NCBI GenBank assembly: GCA_963695345.1
Contig: OY968769.1
Span: 1,376,001 to 1,440,000, forward strand
Reading direction: 5' to 3'
Length of the DNA: 64,000 nt
Source of the DNA: an uncultured Methanomassiliicoccales archaeon
Lineage (GTDB): Archaea; Thermoplasmatota; Thermoplasmata; Methanomassiliicoccales; UBA472
Part shown: positions 8,851 through 19,972 of the stretch, one piece after another
Layout: the number at the start of each line of letters is the position of its first letter
Position numbering within the stretch: position 1 is the stretch's first letter
The notes under the pieces: generated by a model
Database searches by the model: none
What the model was told of the DNA's origin: nothing
Seen by the model: only the letters and a program-made list of their open reading frames with translations
Translations under genes and position numbers: made by a program

Positions 8851-10711
8851 TCAGCGCTTCCCCTTCGATTTGCGCCAAACAACGATCAATCCCACCACTG
8901 CCCCGATCATCAGCAGCAACAGTATCAGGCTTAACATTGGATCCATGCCCCCGCCGGAATTCACCGTGAACGCCAGCGTCTGTACCGCGACGTTCCCGGC
9001 CTGGTCCGTGGTTCTGACCAGGAGGGTGTGCTGACCTCCGTTCAGACCGGTCATGATGATCTTACCTCCCAGGCAGGAAGTGTACTCGTTGCCGTCCACG
9101 CTGTACATCATAGAGGCTATCCCGCTGCCGTTGTCCGCCGAGCTGACCGTCACCGTCAGATGCGAGGAGTCCACCGCCATTCCGTCGATGAGGGAGATGT
9201 TCGCCGCCGGCAGGACCGAGTCCAGCTTGAACTGGAAGGTTCTCGCTCCCTCCGCATTCCCGGCCTGGTCGACGGAATAGTAGTCGAGCCGGTGGGTGCC
9301 ATCAGCGGATATCGCAAGGGTCGAAGGCGAGATCGTCCAATCTCCGCCGTCCAGACTGTAGTATGTCCCGAGGACGCCACTGATATCGTCCCTCGGATCC
9401 CAGGTGGCGATCACGGTTCCATTGTACCATCCTCCGCTCCCGACGCTTCCCGTTGTGGACAGCCCGGTGGTAGGGGCATTCAGATCGATGGAGAAGTTGA
9501 CGGTCCGCCATTGCTCCGCATTCCCGGCCCGGTCGGTGCTCCAGTATGACGAGGCTGTGGTTGCCTTCAGCGGCAACCAGTATTTTGTTCGTATAGGAGG
9601 TCCACGCGCCTGCGTCCAGCGAGTACCTGGTAATGTTGGTCCCGCTCACGATGTCCATCGATGTCAAGGCGATGCTGACCGAGCTGTTGAAATCCAGGTG
9701 TTCCACGCCCCCGGTTCCATTCAGTGTGACCAAGGTGAAAGGTGCAACCATGTCGACCTTGATCGTCTGGTTCCTTTCGGTCTCGTTGTTCCCCGCCTTG
9801 TCGATCGCCAAGTACCTAAGGGTATGGTTGCCCTGAACGGATATGCTGAAGTTCCCGAGATAGTCCGTCCACTGTCCCCCGTCAAGACATATGACAATCC
9901 TTTCTGTGCCGCTGACAGCATCCGCGGCCGTTAGGTTGACGGTTACGTTGCCCACAAACCATCCAGCCGTCCCCCTCGCTCCAAGAAGTGATGCGCTGGT
10001 CACCGGTGCGATCGTATCGATGGTGAATTGAACGGTCCTTTCAACTTCCCAGTTGCCCGCCAGATCGGTACTGTTGAACCTCAAATAATGCAAGCCCTGC
10101 GTCGAAACGATGAAGGGACCTGAGTACCAGTCGAAGGGACCTCCGTCCACCGAATAACGTACTTCAGTAACTCCCTCCATCACATCCTGGGATTCCAGGA
10201 TCACCCCGACGGAGCTGGCGAAAATACTGGTACCCTCGATATATTTGCCGGCCAGGACGTAGCTGGTGACCGGGACCGTCTTGTCGATGTTGATGTTAAC
10301 GCTCTGCTCCAGCTCCCTGTTCCCGGCCCAGTCGGTGGCGGAGAACCAAAGGATATTAGATCCTTCGGATGAGATCGAGAAATTGCCCGTATAGATCTGC
10401 CACATCCCCAATCCCAGACCATACTCGATCGTCTTGACGCCGCTCATCTGGTCTACCGCAGTGAGGTTCACGGTCACATCGCTCGAGAACCAGCCAATAC
10501 CGTAGGCACCGCTCAATGTGGGCGTCGTCACGGGCGCCTCCTCATCGGCGACCGCGACACTGGTGAGGATAGGCTCCATATTGGACCGGATGTCGGCGCC
10601 GTCCGGATTCGCCAGGAACGGTGCTCCCATGGCCGGTGTCAGGTTGAGGCCACTCAAAACGGTAACTATTATCAATGCACACACAAGAAACGCGGCGGAC
10701 CGATGTTTCAT
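8851..10711 (-). CDS. membrane-anchored surface protein with ~6 Ig-like (OmpL47/chitobiase-type) repeats; frameshift near 9550
   Basis: Signal peptide; repeated D..SGV....Y.lDgg.W..Y......G.H.l.y...D.AGN.E units; C-terminal TM plus basic tail. Split over ORFs 9302..10711 and 8851..9576. Confidence 0.85.
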
Positions 10712-10807
10712 CTGATCGGAGTTCCAACATCATTGTCGATGATAATGGTATTGTGAATCCTTCGTGAAGTGATTTTTTTAAATAATGAGAAATCCAAGAT
10801 ACATGCC

Positions 10808-11254
10808 ATGTTGGATGGGCCCCATCCAGTTGGGATGACCGTCGTCGGATTCCTGTATTTCATTGTCGGCATATTGGAATTCTTCGCCGGAATTGGATTG
10901 GTTCTCCTTGCTGGCCTAGGCCAGTCGGACATCATCAGCAACGTTGGTCAGAATGCGCAGGATTGGCTGAAGAATAATTCGATGCTCGTCCTCGTCATGG
11001 GTTTGGCGACTCTTGCGGTGGCGATAATCGATCTGGCCATAGGATATGGATGCTTCAAAGGCTGGGGTTGGGTCTGGACCGCTGGGATGGCCTTCGCTTT
11101 CATATCACTGGTCCTCTCGCTATTCGTGGCCTGGTCCAGGGGGTTCACGCTCTCCGATACGGCGTCCGGACTGGTCGGGTCTATCATAACGATTTTCATC
11201 ATTCTGTACCTCAACACCAGAAAGGTCCGGATCTGGTTCGGAAAATCTGAGTGA
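10808..11254 (+). CDS. hypothetical 4-TM membrane protein
   Basis: P.GMTVVG start, GYG.FKG.GW.W, C-terminal YL...KVR.WF pattern. Confidence 0.75.
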   Translation: MLDGPHPVGMTVVGFLYFIVGILEFFAGIGLVLLAGLGQSDIISNVGQNAQDWLKNNSMLVLVMGLATLAVAIIDLAIGYGCFKGWGWVWTAGMAFAFISLVLSLFVAWSRGFTLSDTASGLVGSIITIFIILYLNTRKVRIWFGKSE

Positions 11255-11313
11255 ACGCCGGCTATTGTGAATTAAATGGTCAGCTTGATAACCGACCACC
11301 TCGCTGCAGCGTT

Positions 11314-12039
11314 ATGCGTCATTTCTTCCTCTTCTTGGTCATCGGGGCAGCCCTTCTGATCGTAGTGCCATCGGTCATGCTGTTGTCGATACCTCCCGAA
11401 TCCAGGAGCGACGGGCTTTACCAGGTAGGATCGTACGACTCATTGCTGGGAGGCGATTATGCCGCCCGGTCAGAGGTTAGCGCCCTGATGGAGAATGGTG
11501 ATCTCGGCTTAGGAACCTACACTGGATTGGACGGTGAGATGATCGTGTTGGACGGCATTTGCTATAAGGCGACGGTGGACGGCAAGGTCACTCAAGCCAA
11601 CGACAGCGCCGCCACCCCCTTTGCCCAGGTCACGTACTTCGATCAGGAAGAATATATCAATGTCACCGGAACTCAGAACCTCACCGAGCTGGAGGCATCC
11701 TTGATGTCTGGATTCGCCAGGGAGGACGCCTTCGTTTTCATCAGGATCGATGGCACGTTCACGGAGATGAAGGTCCGAAGCGTGCCGGCACAGTCAGAGC
11801 CCTATCCGCCTCTGGTGGATGTGGTCCAGGAACAGGTGGTGTTCGACCACCGGGACATCTCCGGCACATTGATCGGTCTTTGGAGCCCAAGTTATGCTGG
11901 CACGCTCTCGTACTCCGGTTTCCATTTCCATTTCATCAGTGACGACCGGAGCAAAGGCGGGCACGTGCTCGGTTTTGAGGCGGAAGGCGTTTCCGCCGCC
12001 CTCGATTACACCGACGGCCTGCAGGCAATTCTCAGTTGA
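11314..12039 (+). CDS. budA: alpha-acetolactate decarboxylase with N-terminal membrane anchor/signal
   Basis: GDLGLGT..GLDGEMIVLDG, TPFAQVT, G.HFHFISDDR..GGHVL zinc-binding motif. Confidence 0.9.
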   Translation: MRHFFLFLVIGAALLIVVPSVMLLSIPPESRSDGLYQVGSYDSLLGGDYAARSEVSALMENGDLGLGTYTGLDGEMIVLDGICYKATVDGKVTQANDSAATPFAQVTYFDQEEYINVTGTQNLTELEASLMSGFAREDAFVFIRIDGTFTEMKVRSVPAQSEPYPPLVDVVQEQVVFDHRDISGTLIGLWSPSYAGTLSYSGFHFHFISDDRSKGGHVLGFEAEGVSAALDYTDGLQAILS

Positions 12040-12060
12040 GCTCAGAATTGGAACGGTCCA

Positions 12061-12867
12061 TCAGGAGGCGGCGCTCCAGACCTTCAGATACTCTGCGGTC
12101 GAAGATACCGAATGAACCATGACCGTTGAGTTCTTCCTGAGCACGAACTCGCTCAATCCTTCGTTTGTTGCTGGGTTTCCCCAGTCAAAGGTGTACCCGA
12201 GTCGGGTCCATGGGAACTTCTTCGGATAGTAAGAGCTGACCGTGTTCCCATCATACCACTGTTTGTATGTGGCGTTGATGTTCTTGGGTATCGTCAAGGA
12301 TGCTGTAGTATCGTTGATCTCATTGTCCGCCGAAGGTCGGAAGAGATCGGCGGGGTGAACATATATTTCAACGAAGTAGAGGTTGTAATTCGATGGCGGA
12401 AGGCCCAACAACTGGGCGGCCCGCAGGGTCAGGTTCGCGTTATGGTCGACTTTCTCTCTGAAGAAGGCCTGCAGTTGCGGCGCGACCGTGAGCCAGGTCT
12501 CCCCCCACCAGGTGGACACGTTGCTCCCCACTGGATAGCTGGAGTTGTACTTCGTCCAGGTGACCATGAGGACAGTCCAGTTGTCTTCGGTGCCTTGTAT
12601 GACCAGATCACGGTTGGAAAAAATGATCGGGGTAAGATCGTCGACGCTGCCCCGGTCAGGCAGCATCGTCCTGTTGATCGAATCGTTGTACGCCTCTTCC
12701 AGAGTGAGAGACCTTTTCGCCGGCGAGGTAACCACCATCACCGCCTGGAATACCACCAGTCCCACCAATAGGCCAGCCATGAAAATGGCCATGAACATGA
12801 CCCTGCGTTTCCCCTTGTCCGATGCGACGACGGTAACCCCTTCCGGCTTAACCAGCCCTCCGCGCAT
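12061..12867 (-). CDS. membrane-anchored conserved hypothetical protein
   Basis: N-terminal TM; QLLGLPP, LFRPSAD.EI, PWTRLGYTFDWG...GLSEFV motifs; many N-X-S/T sequons. Confidence 0.8.
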   Translation of the reverse strand: MRGGLVKPEGVTVVASDKGKRRVMFMAIFMAGLLVGLVVFQAVMVVTSPAKRSLTLEEAYNDSINRTMLPDRGSVDDLTPIIFSNRDLVIQGTEDNWTVLMVTWTKYNSSYPVGSNVSTWWGETWLTVAPQLQAFFREKVDHNANLTLRAAQLLGLPPSNYNLYFVEIYVHPADLFRPSADNEINDTTASLTIPKNINATYKQWYDGNTVSSYYPKKFPWTRLGYTFDWGNPATNEGLSEFVLRKNSTVMVHSVSSTAEYLKVWSAAS

Positions 12868-13069
12868 ATTAGCCTTACGAGGTGAGTATCATCACAGAAA
12901 CGACCTCGACTCATGATGGTGGCCGATGCTGCGATGGGATCGATCCACCTTAAGTGCGGAACATCCAGAAATCGACTTATCAGCCAATCCATCGCGTCCA
13001 CAGGCTAAGGCCCCGGCTTCCCACCCAATCACGGTCCAAGTATGGCTGTTCGTCCAGTGATCGGAGCCG

Positions 13070-14595
13070 TCATTTCGGCTCACTGTTCTTGTGCCTATAT
13101 CGTTCCACGACCCCGAGGGTCTTCAGTTTGCCCAGACTCCAGGACAGATATGGCTCCATGGCCCCCGCAAACCACGCACCGTTTCCCCAACGGTATCATC
13201 TCAGCATCGATCTGCATGGAGAGGGCCAGCAGCCCTTTCCTTTCCTGGCTGGCCTTCTCGCTGTCCACGTTCACCGAGGTCATGAGGTTCTTGGCCAGGA
13301 TGTTGAACTCTTCGCGTTCTGGGGTCAGAGTGTCGAAACCGATCAGCGAGTCCGCCGAGAAGAGGAAACCCTGTTCCGGGAACAGAAGGAATATCTGACC
13401 ATGCAGGTGTCCGCCCAGGCTCTCCAACGCCTCGAACTCCATTCCGGCGAAGCGATCCCGGGCGATGATGCGGAACGGACCCCTTTTTCCATGGTCCCCG
13501 TCCAGCATTCTGAACTTTGAAGGCGGCCGGAAATTCGAGAACATGTTTATCAGGCGGGTGTACACCTCTTCCAGGATGGAGGATTCCAGCTTGGAGCCGT
13601 AGGCCCGGTTCGACCTTTCCACGATATCCACCGTCCCCGGATGGGCGAACGATTCCGCATCGAAGAGGCCAGCACCCCCGGAGTGGTCCGCGTCCGCATG
13701 GCTGATGAAGATGCGTTTGATCATCGACAGGTCGTCCGACTCCGTGATCGGCCAGCATGTGCACCACATCGTCGTGGTAGATCCCGTAGCCGGTATCCAC
13801 CAGCATGACCTCGTCGGCCGACACCAGGGCGAACACGCTCCCTCCGCACGGCAGCTGGAAGCAATACAGTTGTGCCCTGTCGTTCATCTCCAGTTGCTGG
13901 ACATCGGCATAGAACCCCTTGCCTACGGTGGCTTTGATGGTCTTGCCGGTCAGAAGAACACTGTTGAAGACGAGCTTCGGGTCCTCGCCCAGGTTGTGCA
14001 GCTCCTGCACTATGTGATTGATGTCCGACAGTAGCTGGAGGAGGAACTGGTCCTCCGTGTCGCCGATCAACTGGCGTAGTTCCTGGGCGAAACGGATGTA
14101 GAAGACGGTATCATCCAGGTGCTTGCCGGTGGTATCGTACTCCAGGATCTCCAGCGGATATCTCGATTTCAGTTCCTCCAGAAGTCCCTGGACCAGGGAA
14201 CTGTCCTCGATGGTGAGGCTGACCGTCAAACGTTCCGGAAACTTGCCCCGATCGTCGAAATCGAGAAAAGCGATGTTGCATCCGGCGGAAGTGGTGCTGT
14301 TCAGGAATTCGAACAAGGCCCCTGGCCGGTTCGGCAGGTATACGTTGAACTTAAGGAAACTGGGAACTGCCAGGGAGTCCTGGAGGAATCCGAGAAGTTC
14401 CAGCTCCTTCTTGATGCGTTCGTACGCATTGTCATCACACCGGATCTCGAAAAAGACCGTGTATGGGTCGATCCTACGGTCATAGTGGATGCGGTCCACG
14501 TTCCCCCGGTATCGAGTGACGATCTCGGCCGCCTTATGGAGCGCCCCTGGTTCGTCTGGCATGTGCGCCACGAAGTAGAAGACCTTCTGCATCAT
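13070..14595 (-). CDS. ACT-domain-containing MBL-fold metallo-hydrolase; frameshifts near 13735 and 13132
   Basis: Two ACT repeats (MPDEPGAL, LPNRPGAL), VDTGYG, SHADADHSG, GGHL.GQ, GGHGAIS. Deleting single bases restores HGVGDLSMIKRIFISH and a SGKLKTLGVVERYRHK end. Confidence 0.85.
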
Positions 14596-14826
14596 GAAGC
14601 CTCAGGGCTGCCATGGTCATTGACGGCTTAAAATATTGGGCACGAACGCATGGGCATCAGATGCGATCGGGTCGAATCTGGCGCGAGCTTTTACTGGCAT
14701 ACGATCCGAAGACCAAGCATTCTAGAGGGTTTCTAAACATTTCTACGCCATGAAGGTTAACCGAGTTGCACCATTTGAGGATACTAGTTTTTATACGATG
14801 GTTGTTCAAGATCATCAGGGGATTTT

Positions 14827-15315
14827 ATGTTTCGAGATATTAGAAGGAAAAAACAACTCCTGCCAAAAGAATCAACAGAGGAAATATTAAGAAATGGCCG
14901 GACCGGCGTTATGGCCGTTTCAGGCGACAACGAATATCCCTATGCAGTCCCTCTCAACTATGCGTACGAAAATGGAAAAATCTATTTCCATTGTGCCAGA
15001 TCAGGCCACAAACTGGACGCCATCAGAAGGCACGACAAGGCATCGTTCTGTGTCGTTGAAAAGGAACATGTTGTGCCAGAATTGTTCGCAACGGATTTTA
15101 GAAGCGTCATCGCGTTCGGAAGGGCGAAAGAGGTCGAGGACGACGCGGAGAAATTTCGTATCATGCGGCTCTTGAACAACAAATACGCTCCTGGCCTTTC
15201 TGAAGCGGGAGAGAAAGAAATTCAAAAGGACTGGAGTATCTTGTGCGTGGTACAAATTGATGTGGAACATTTGACCGGTAAAGAGGCTTCAGAACAGGTC
15301 AAGAAGCATAGTTAG
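14827..15315 (+). CDS. pyridoxamine 5'-phosphate oxidase family / NimA-like flavin-binding protein
   Basis: MFRDIRRKKQLL, PYAVPLNY, IYFHCA..GHK, FRSVIAFG, TGKE. Confidence 0.9.
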   Translation: MFRDIRRKKQLLPKESTEEILRNGRTGVMAVSGDNEYPYAVPLNYAYENGKIYFHCARSGHKLDAIRRHDKASFCVVEKEHVVPELFATDFRSVIAFGRAKEVEDDAEKFRIMRLLNNKYAPGLSEAGEKEIQKDWSILCVVQIDVEHLTGKEASEQVKKHS

Positions 15316-15509
15316 CGCTGCTATCATGATCGGATATTAGGGATGCAGATGTAACGGCAGCATAATCCTCGCGACGATAGCCTCACCCAGGGGTTCTCTT
15401 GGCCGTCTCGAAGCATTCTACCATCCATTTCCCGAACCTTGTCATTGAATATTCTATTAATGATCCTTCAAACGATTTTGTTAAATCACTCTGCGTCATG
15501 ATGTCGTCG

Positions 15510-16271
15510 ATGTGCCGCATCTTCGCCATGGCTGCCGAGCAGGACATCCCTCCAGTGATCAGGTCGAGATTGCTCAGGGAATTCTTCCAGTCCTCAGCGG
15601 AGACCTATTCGGGAGGATGGGGCATAGGATACTTCACCGACGACGGTCCGATGGTGATCAAGGAGCCGATCAAGGCCACCGATAGCTTTGCCCTGCCCGG
15701 AGCCATCCGCAGATCGGAACCGGGATTCATCATGGCCCACGTAAGAAACCCTACCTCGGGCGAAAGGAGCCTCCTCAACACTCACCCTTTCCACAAGGAT
15801 GGTTGGTTGTTCTCCCACAACGGCACGCTGGGGGACCCTGAATCCCTCAGGATCGGTTTGCTCGAACGTTATTCCGACACTCTTCAGGGCGACACCGATT
15901 CGGAGATCATGTTCCACTTCATGCTCCAGAGGATGGAAGAGGCAGGTCAGGCCGAGTCCGGGGTCCTCTCCGCGGTCCGGGAACTGATCCGCCTCCAGGG
16001 CGAGGGAACATCCTCCCTGAACTTTGCATTGACGGACGGAACGGTGCTGTTCGCGCTCAGAAAGGCCTTCATCAATGATGAGAAATATCCGATCAACTTC
16101 GCCAGCCTGGGGACTTTGGGTCTGGTAAGGGAAAGGATGCCCGGTCATAACGACCTGTCAAGTGCCACGGTGGTTTCTTCCGAACCATTCACAACAGGAG
16201 AATGGACCGGTCTGGAAATGGGGGAGATGCTCATCGCCAAGGCTGATGGTCGTCGTGTCATCAAGGTCTGA
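15510..16271 (+). CDS. class II glutamine amidotransferase (YafJ/EgtC-like)
   Basis: MCR N-terminal nucleophile, GWGIG, AHVR.PT.G, NTHPF, F.HNG, GDTDSE, V.SEP. Confidence 0.9.
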   Translation: MCRIFAMAAEQDIPPVIRSRLLREFFQSSAETYSGGWGIGYFTDDGPMVIKEPIKATDSFALPGAIRRSEPGFIMAHVRNPTSGERSLLNTHPFHKDGWLFSHNGTLGDPESLRIGLLERYSDTLQGDTDSEIMFHFMLQRMEEAGQAESGVLSAVRELIRLQGEGTSSLNFALTDGTVLFALRKAFINDEKYPINFASLGTLGLVRERMPGHNDLSSATVVSSEPFTTGEWTGLEMGEMLIAKADGRRVIKV

Positions 16272-16580
16272 GCATCACTTGAAATACCGCTCAAGTGCGA
16301 TCATCCGGCAAATCAGTCATTATCCAGCCTGCAATCACCTCTATTGAAAGCGGCTCTTGTGCGTTGTCCCCGAATCATTTCGCTCATGATCATCCTAATC
16401 CCACTTGCCGGAACAACACCCTTCCGCATTTCAATTGTCCAGGCCAAATCGAGAGCTCCATCATCTAGAGAAGGTGGTTCTGTCGTCAAGGTAACCGGTT
16501 CAAGCAAAAAAGTCTCAATCAGTTTCGGTGACTCAAAGAAAGATATGAAAGGGACTACCTTCCACGCTGTCGATAGGACC

Positions 16581-17171
16581 TCAAGGCCTGAACCTGGACG
16601 CCCTGCGGATGACCTGCCTGATGCCGACGGCGATCTCCATGAAGTTGATCTTTCCCACCAGCATATACGCGATGGTGAAAGAGAAGTAGGGCAGGATGTA
16701 GATCCAGTCGAACATGCCGTAGGCAACCATGCCGAACAGGGCGATGTCACTGAACGGACGATAGTGACAGAACTTCTCCGCAAAGTAGCCTAGACGGTGC
16801 TTATGAGCGAAACCGTCAACTACCTCATCGACGAAGCCAGCGAATAGGAATAGCACGATCGGGACCCAAAGGAATGTGACGTTGGTGTCAAACATGAACA
16901 GCCCCATCATCACGAACGCTATGCTCGATCCAGCTGCGAAAGCTACGTTGTCGATCTTCTTCGCCAATACCAGGCTGATTATCATTGCGATGAAGAAAGC
17001 AGTGGAGAACGGGCTGTCGAAAGCCATCAGAGTGCCCATCAGAACGCCGGCGGTGATCGCCACCAGGTTGGCGGACCGTATCGAGAACTCATGCTCGTCA
17101 TATGCCTGATCGATATACTTTATGGCATAACCAAGGAAAGCGAATGTAACAATGAGTATGATCGGATCCAT
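16581..17171 (-). CDS. hypothetical multi-pass membrane protein
   Basis: Six hydrophobic segments; IKYIDQAYDE, KKIDN.AF, VDE conserved-looking acidic motifs. Confidence 0.75.
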   Translation of the reverse strand: MDPIILIVTFAFLGYAIKYIDQAYDEHEFSIRSANLVAITAGVLMGTLMAFDSPFSTAFFIAMIISLVLAKKIDNVAFAAGSSIAFVMMGLFMFDTNVTFLWVPIVLFLFAGFVDEVVDGFAHKHRLGYFAEKFCHYRPFSDIALFGMVAYGMFDWIYILPYFSFTIAYMLVGKINFMEIAVGIRQVIRRASRFRP

Positions 17172-17424
17172 CTGATGACCTTTTTGTTCTTACCGGACCA
17201 GTCTCCGACCGAACGACCATCCACCAATGATCGCGATCCGAGGTCTTGCCGATGTGTGCATCCCTTACATGTACAGCGGTCGACGCCGGGACTTGGATTA
17301 GATAGGCATGCCCTATTCCGATATTAACACATTGCGTTGTGGCTATCCTGATTATTATTTTCCACTACGTCGCTTACCTGTCCTGACTGGCCTGTGGTCG
17401 AGTGAAGCATCTGAACAGGCATCA

Positions 17425-17450
17425 TTGACCGAAGTGTCAACGGTAAACCG
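17425..17450. promoter_or_regulatory. candidate operator (inverted repeats) upstream of the beta-propeller/ArsR operon
   Basis: TTGAC-N6-GTCAA followed immediately by CGGT-AA-ACCG, just upstream of a TATA-like GATATA. Confidence 0.35.
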
Positions 17451-17483
17451 CAATTGATATACGCATAGATCATTCGAACGGTC

Positions 17484-19331
17484 ATGAGGAAGCCTTACGC
17501 CCCGATCGCCTTGTTGATCGGTTTGCTCATCGTGGCCGCCGGAATGGCCGTCATGGTGCAGCCGGAAAAAGGAACAACGATCGCCGGCCTGCAATCATTC
17601 AGCAGTTACTCTGAACTCAACTCCTATCTTGAACAGAATTCCGGGACCAAGGGGCTGGGCTATAGCTCCAATGGTGCAAAGGAGGCAACCGCGTCGGCAG
17701 ATTCCAGCCAGTCCTATTCCACAACGAACGTTCAGGTGATGAACGTGCAGGAGGAGGACCGAGTCCTCACTGATGGGGCCATCATCTACTCTGCTGGGTT
17801 GGAGACGGTGAGCGTCATCAAAGGCTACCCCGCTTCTGAGATGAGGAACATCACCTCGCTCAATATGACCCATCTTCTGAACGTCCCAACAGGTTCCAAC
17901 GTCTATGTTGTCGGACTCTATCTGATAGAGGACAAGCTCATCGTCATATGCCAGGTGACCCACTATTCCGCCGGCAATGCCGCCGGTGTCCTGTCCCAGG
18001 TGGCTATGCCTTACCAGATCTGGACGACCAGGACCACGGTGACCATATTCGAAATCGCCGATCCCAGTGCCCCGATTCTAAAGAAAACCATTGGCATAAG
18101 CGGTTCCTTCACGACGAGCAGAGCGCAGGGAAATGACCTTTACATATTCTCGACCCAGTATGCCTGGGACTATGCCGGAGGAAGCTCGGCCATACCAGCT
18201 ACCACTAGCGACGGAAATGAGACCATGTTTGCACCCGGAAAGATCCTTTTCGATCCTTCTGACACCGCGGTCGGCTGCTTCCTCAACCTGGTCCGCATGA
18301 ACGTGTCCGATCTCACCATGGATGAAAAATCATTCCTCACTGGATACAGCTCGGTGCTGTACATGTCTGAGAAGAGCATCTTCGTAGCCTACCCCCACTA
18401 TGCGTGGGCTACGTCTTCGATGGCAACGGATGATGTCGTCTCCATCTCAACCACAAACCAGGGTTCATACACCACCATATTCAGCATCGATATTACCGGC
18501 GCGGGCCTGGACCTCAAGGCCACCGGCACGGTGCGGGGGTCCGTGGTCGACCGGTACGCGATCGATGAGAGCGACGGATACATGAGGATCGCCACCACCG
18601 ACTACACGAACGGGACCGAGACGCTAGTATCCGTGCTGTCATCCGACCTCAAGCTGGTCGGTCAGATCGGAGGCATCGGGAAGGGCGAGACCATGCAGTC
18701 ATCCCGATACATAAACGACACGCTCTACCTGGTGACATTCCGTCAGGTCGATCCCCTGTTCGCCATAGATCTCTCTGACCCAGGGGCTCCCAGGATCCTC
18801 GGGGAACTTACGATACCGGGATTCTCCACCTATCTCCATCCGGTCGACGATGACCACCTGATCGGGTTGGGATTCGAGGGCTTCAGCATGAAAGTGTCAC
18901 TCTATGACGTTACCGACAGGACCAACCCCTTGGAGGAACAGAAACTGCTGCTGTCAAACTTCAGCTACTCCCCCGCCCTTTATGACCCGCACGCGGTCAC
19001 CTATGATCCGGTAAGGTCCCTGCTGATAGTGCCAGTGTCCGGTTTCGATTCGACCGCAAGGCAGTATCAATGTTCCGCCTATGTGTTCAACACCTCGGGA
19101 GGGATCTCGCTGGTGGGAACGGCCGGTTCGAACAACACTGGTGGTGTGGACCGGACCCTGTACATCGGCGACTCGCTGTACGTTTGCTCCCAGTACGCCA
19201 TATCGGTGTATGGGATAACCGACCTGTCCTACCGGGGTGGGATTATCCTTGGCAACGTGCAACCATACTGGTACATGTACTACGCGGAAGGCGGCATGGG
19301 AGCAATCCCTATGGCGCTGGAGATGAAATGA
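17484..19331 (+). CDS. secreted beta-propeller domain protein (Beta_propel family)
   Basis: Signal anchor; YSTTNVQV..V.E.D.V.TDG, DE.DGYMRIATT, YLVTFRQVDPLF.IDL, GEL.IPGFSTYLHP. Confidence 0.9.
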   Translation: MRKPYAPIALLIGLLIVAAGMAVMVQPEKGTTIAGLQSFSSYSELNSYLEQNSGTKGLGYSSNGAKEATASADSSQSYSTTNVQVMNVQEEDRVLTDGAIIYSAGLETVSVIKGYPASEMRNITSLNMTHLLNVPTGSNVYVVGLYLIEDKLIVICQVTHYSAGNAAGVLSQVAMPYQIWTTRTTVTIFEIADPSAPILKKTIGISGSFTTSRAQGNDLYIFSTQYAWDYAGGSSAIPATTSDGNETMFAPGKILFDPSDTAVGCFLNLVRMNVSDLTMDEKSFLTGYSSVLYMSEKSIFVAYPHYAWATSSMATDDVVSISTTNQGSYTTIFSIDITGAGLDLKATGTVRGSVVDRYAIDESDGYMRIATTDYTNGTETLVSVLSSDLKLVGQIGGIGKGETMQSSRYINDTLYLVTFRQVDPLFAIDLSDPGAPRILGELTIPGFSTYLHPVDDDHLIGLGFEGFSMKVSLYDVTDRTNPLEEQKLLLSNFSYSPALYDPHAVTYDPVRSLLIVPVSGFDSTARQYQCSAYVFNTSGGISLVGTAGSNNTGGVDRTLYIGDSLYVCSQYAISVYGITDLSYRGGIILGNVQPYWYMYYAEGGMGAIPMALEMK

Positions 19332-19972
19332 GAGGGATTAATCTATCAGAGGCCTATCGCGGACTAGAGGAAACCGAATTGCGCGTGGAACTCGATAGGA
19401 AGGCGCTTTTCGCGCTCGCGTCCGATACCCGCATGGACATCCTGAAGTCCCTGCAATCCAACCGCAGGACGGTATCACAGCTGGCCGAGACCATAGGGGT
19501 CGACAAGGCGGCTGTCCATCGCCATCTCAAAAAGCTCGAGGAGGGAGGTTTCGTGAAGCGCGAGGAGGACCATGGGTTCGTCTACTACGGGCTATCGTGG
19601 AAGGCGCGGGACATCCTGTCCCCCAATGAGAACACCAAGATAGTGGTCCTGATCACCGCCTCTATCGTTTTGATCGGTGCGATTGTTCTTATGATATACA
19701 TGATGAACGCAGCGAGCCCCATGTATGCCGGCGAGGCGCAACAGAGCCCGCTCCAAGGTGCCGATCAATATGGGGCTGGCCAGGATGCGTTAAAAACCGC
19801 GGAAACGACCGGAGCCGACATACTAACGATGATGTCACCGATGCTAATCGCCCTTCCCATATCAGTGGCCCTGTTGTTCCTGGCCTATCGCAGGGGCGTA
19901 AGGCCCCGGCAGGCCGATCCGCCTCGGGAGCCTGAGTCCTATGGAGAACCGCCCGCATCCATGTACGACTGA
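19328..19972 (+). CDS. membrane-anchored ArsR-type winged-helix transcription regulator
   Basis: LFALASDTRMDIL...TVSQLAE.IGVDKAAVHRHLKKLEEGG.V...YY.LS followed by two TM helices; ATGA overlap with the upstream gene. Confidence 0.85.
   Translation: MRGINLSEAYRGLEETELRVELDRKALFALASDTRMDILKSLQSNRRTVSQLAETIGVDKAAVHRHLKKLEEGGFVKREEDHGFVYYGLSWKARDILSPNENTKIVVLITASIVLIGAIVLMIYMMNAASPMYAGEAQQSPLQGADQYGAGQDALKTAETTGADILTMMSPMLIALPISVALLFLAYRRGVRPRQADPPREPESYGEPPASMYD

Noticed and set aside
16313-16793. Overlapping 149-156 aa ORFs on both strands
   Set aside because: They overlap the 16581..17171 membrane gene, show no motifs and have shadow-ORF composition
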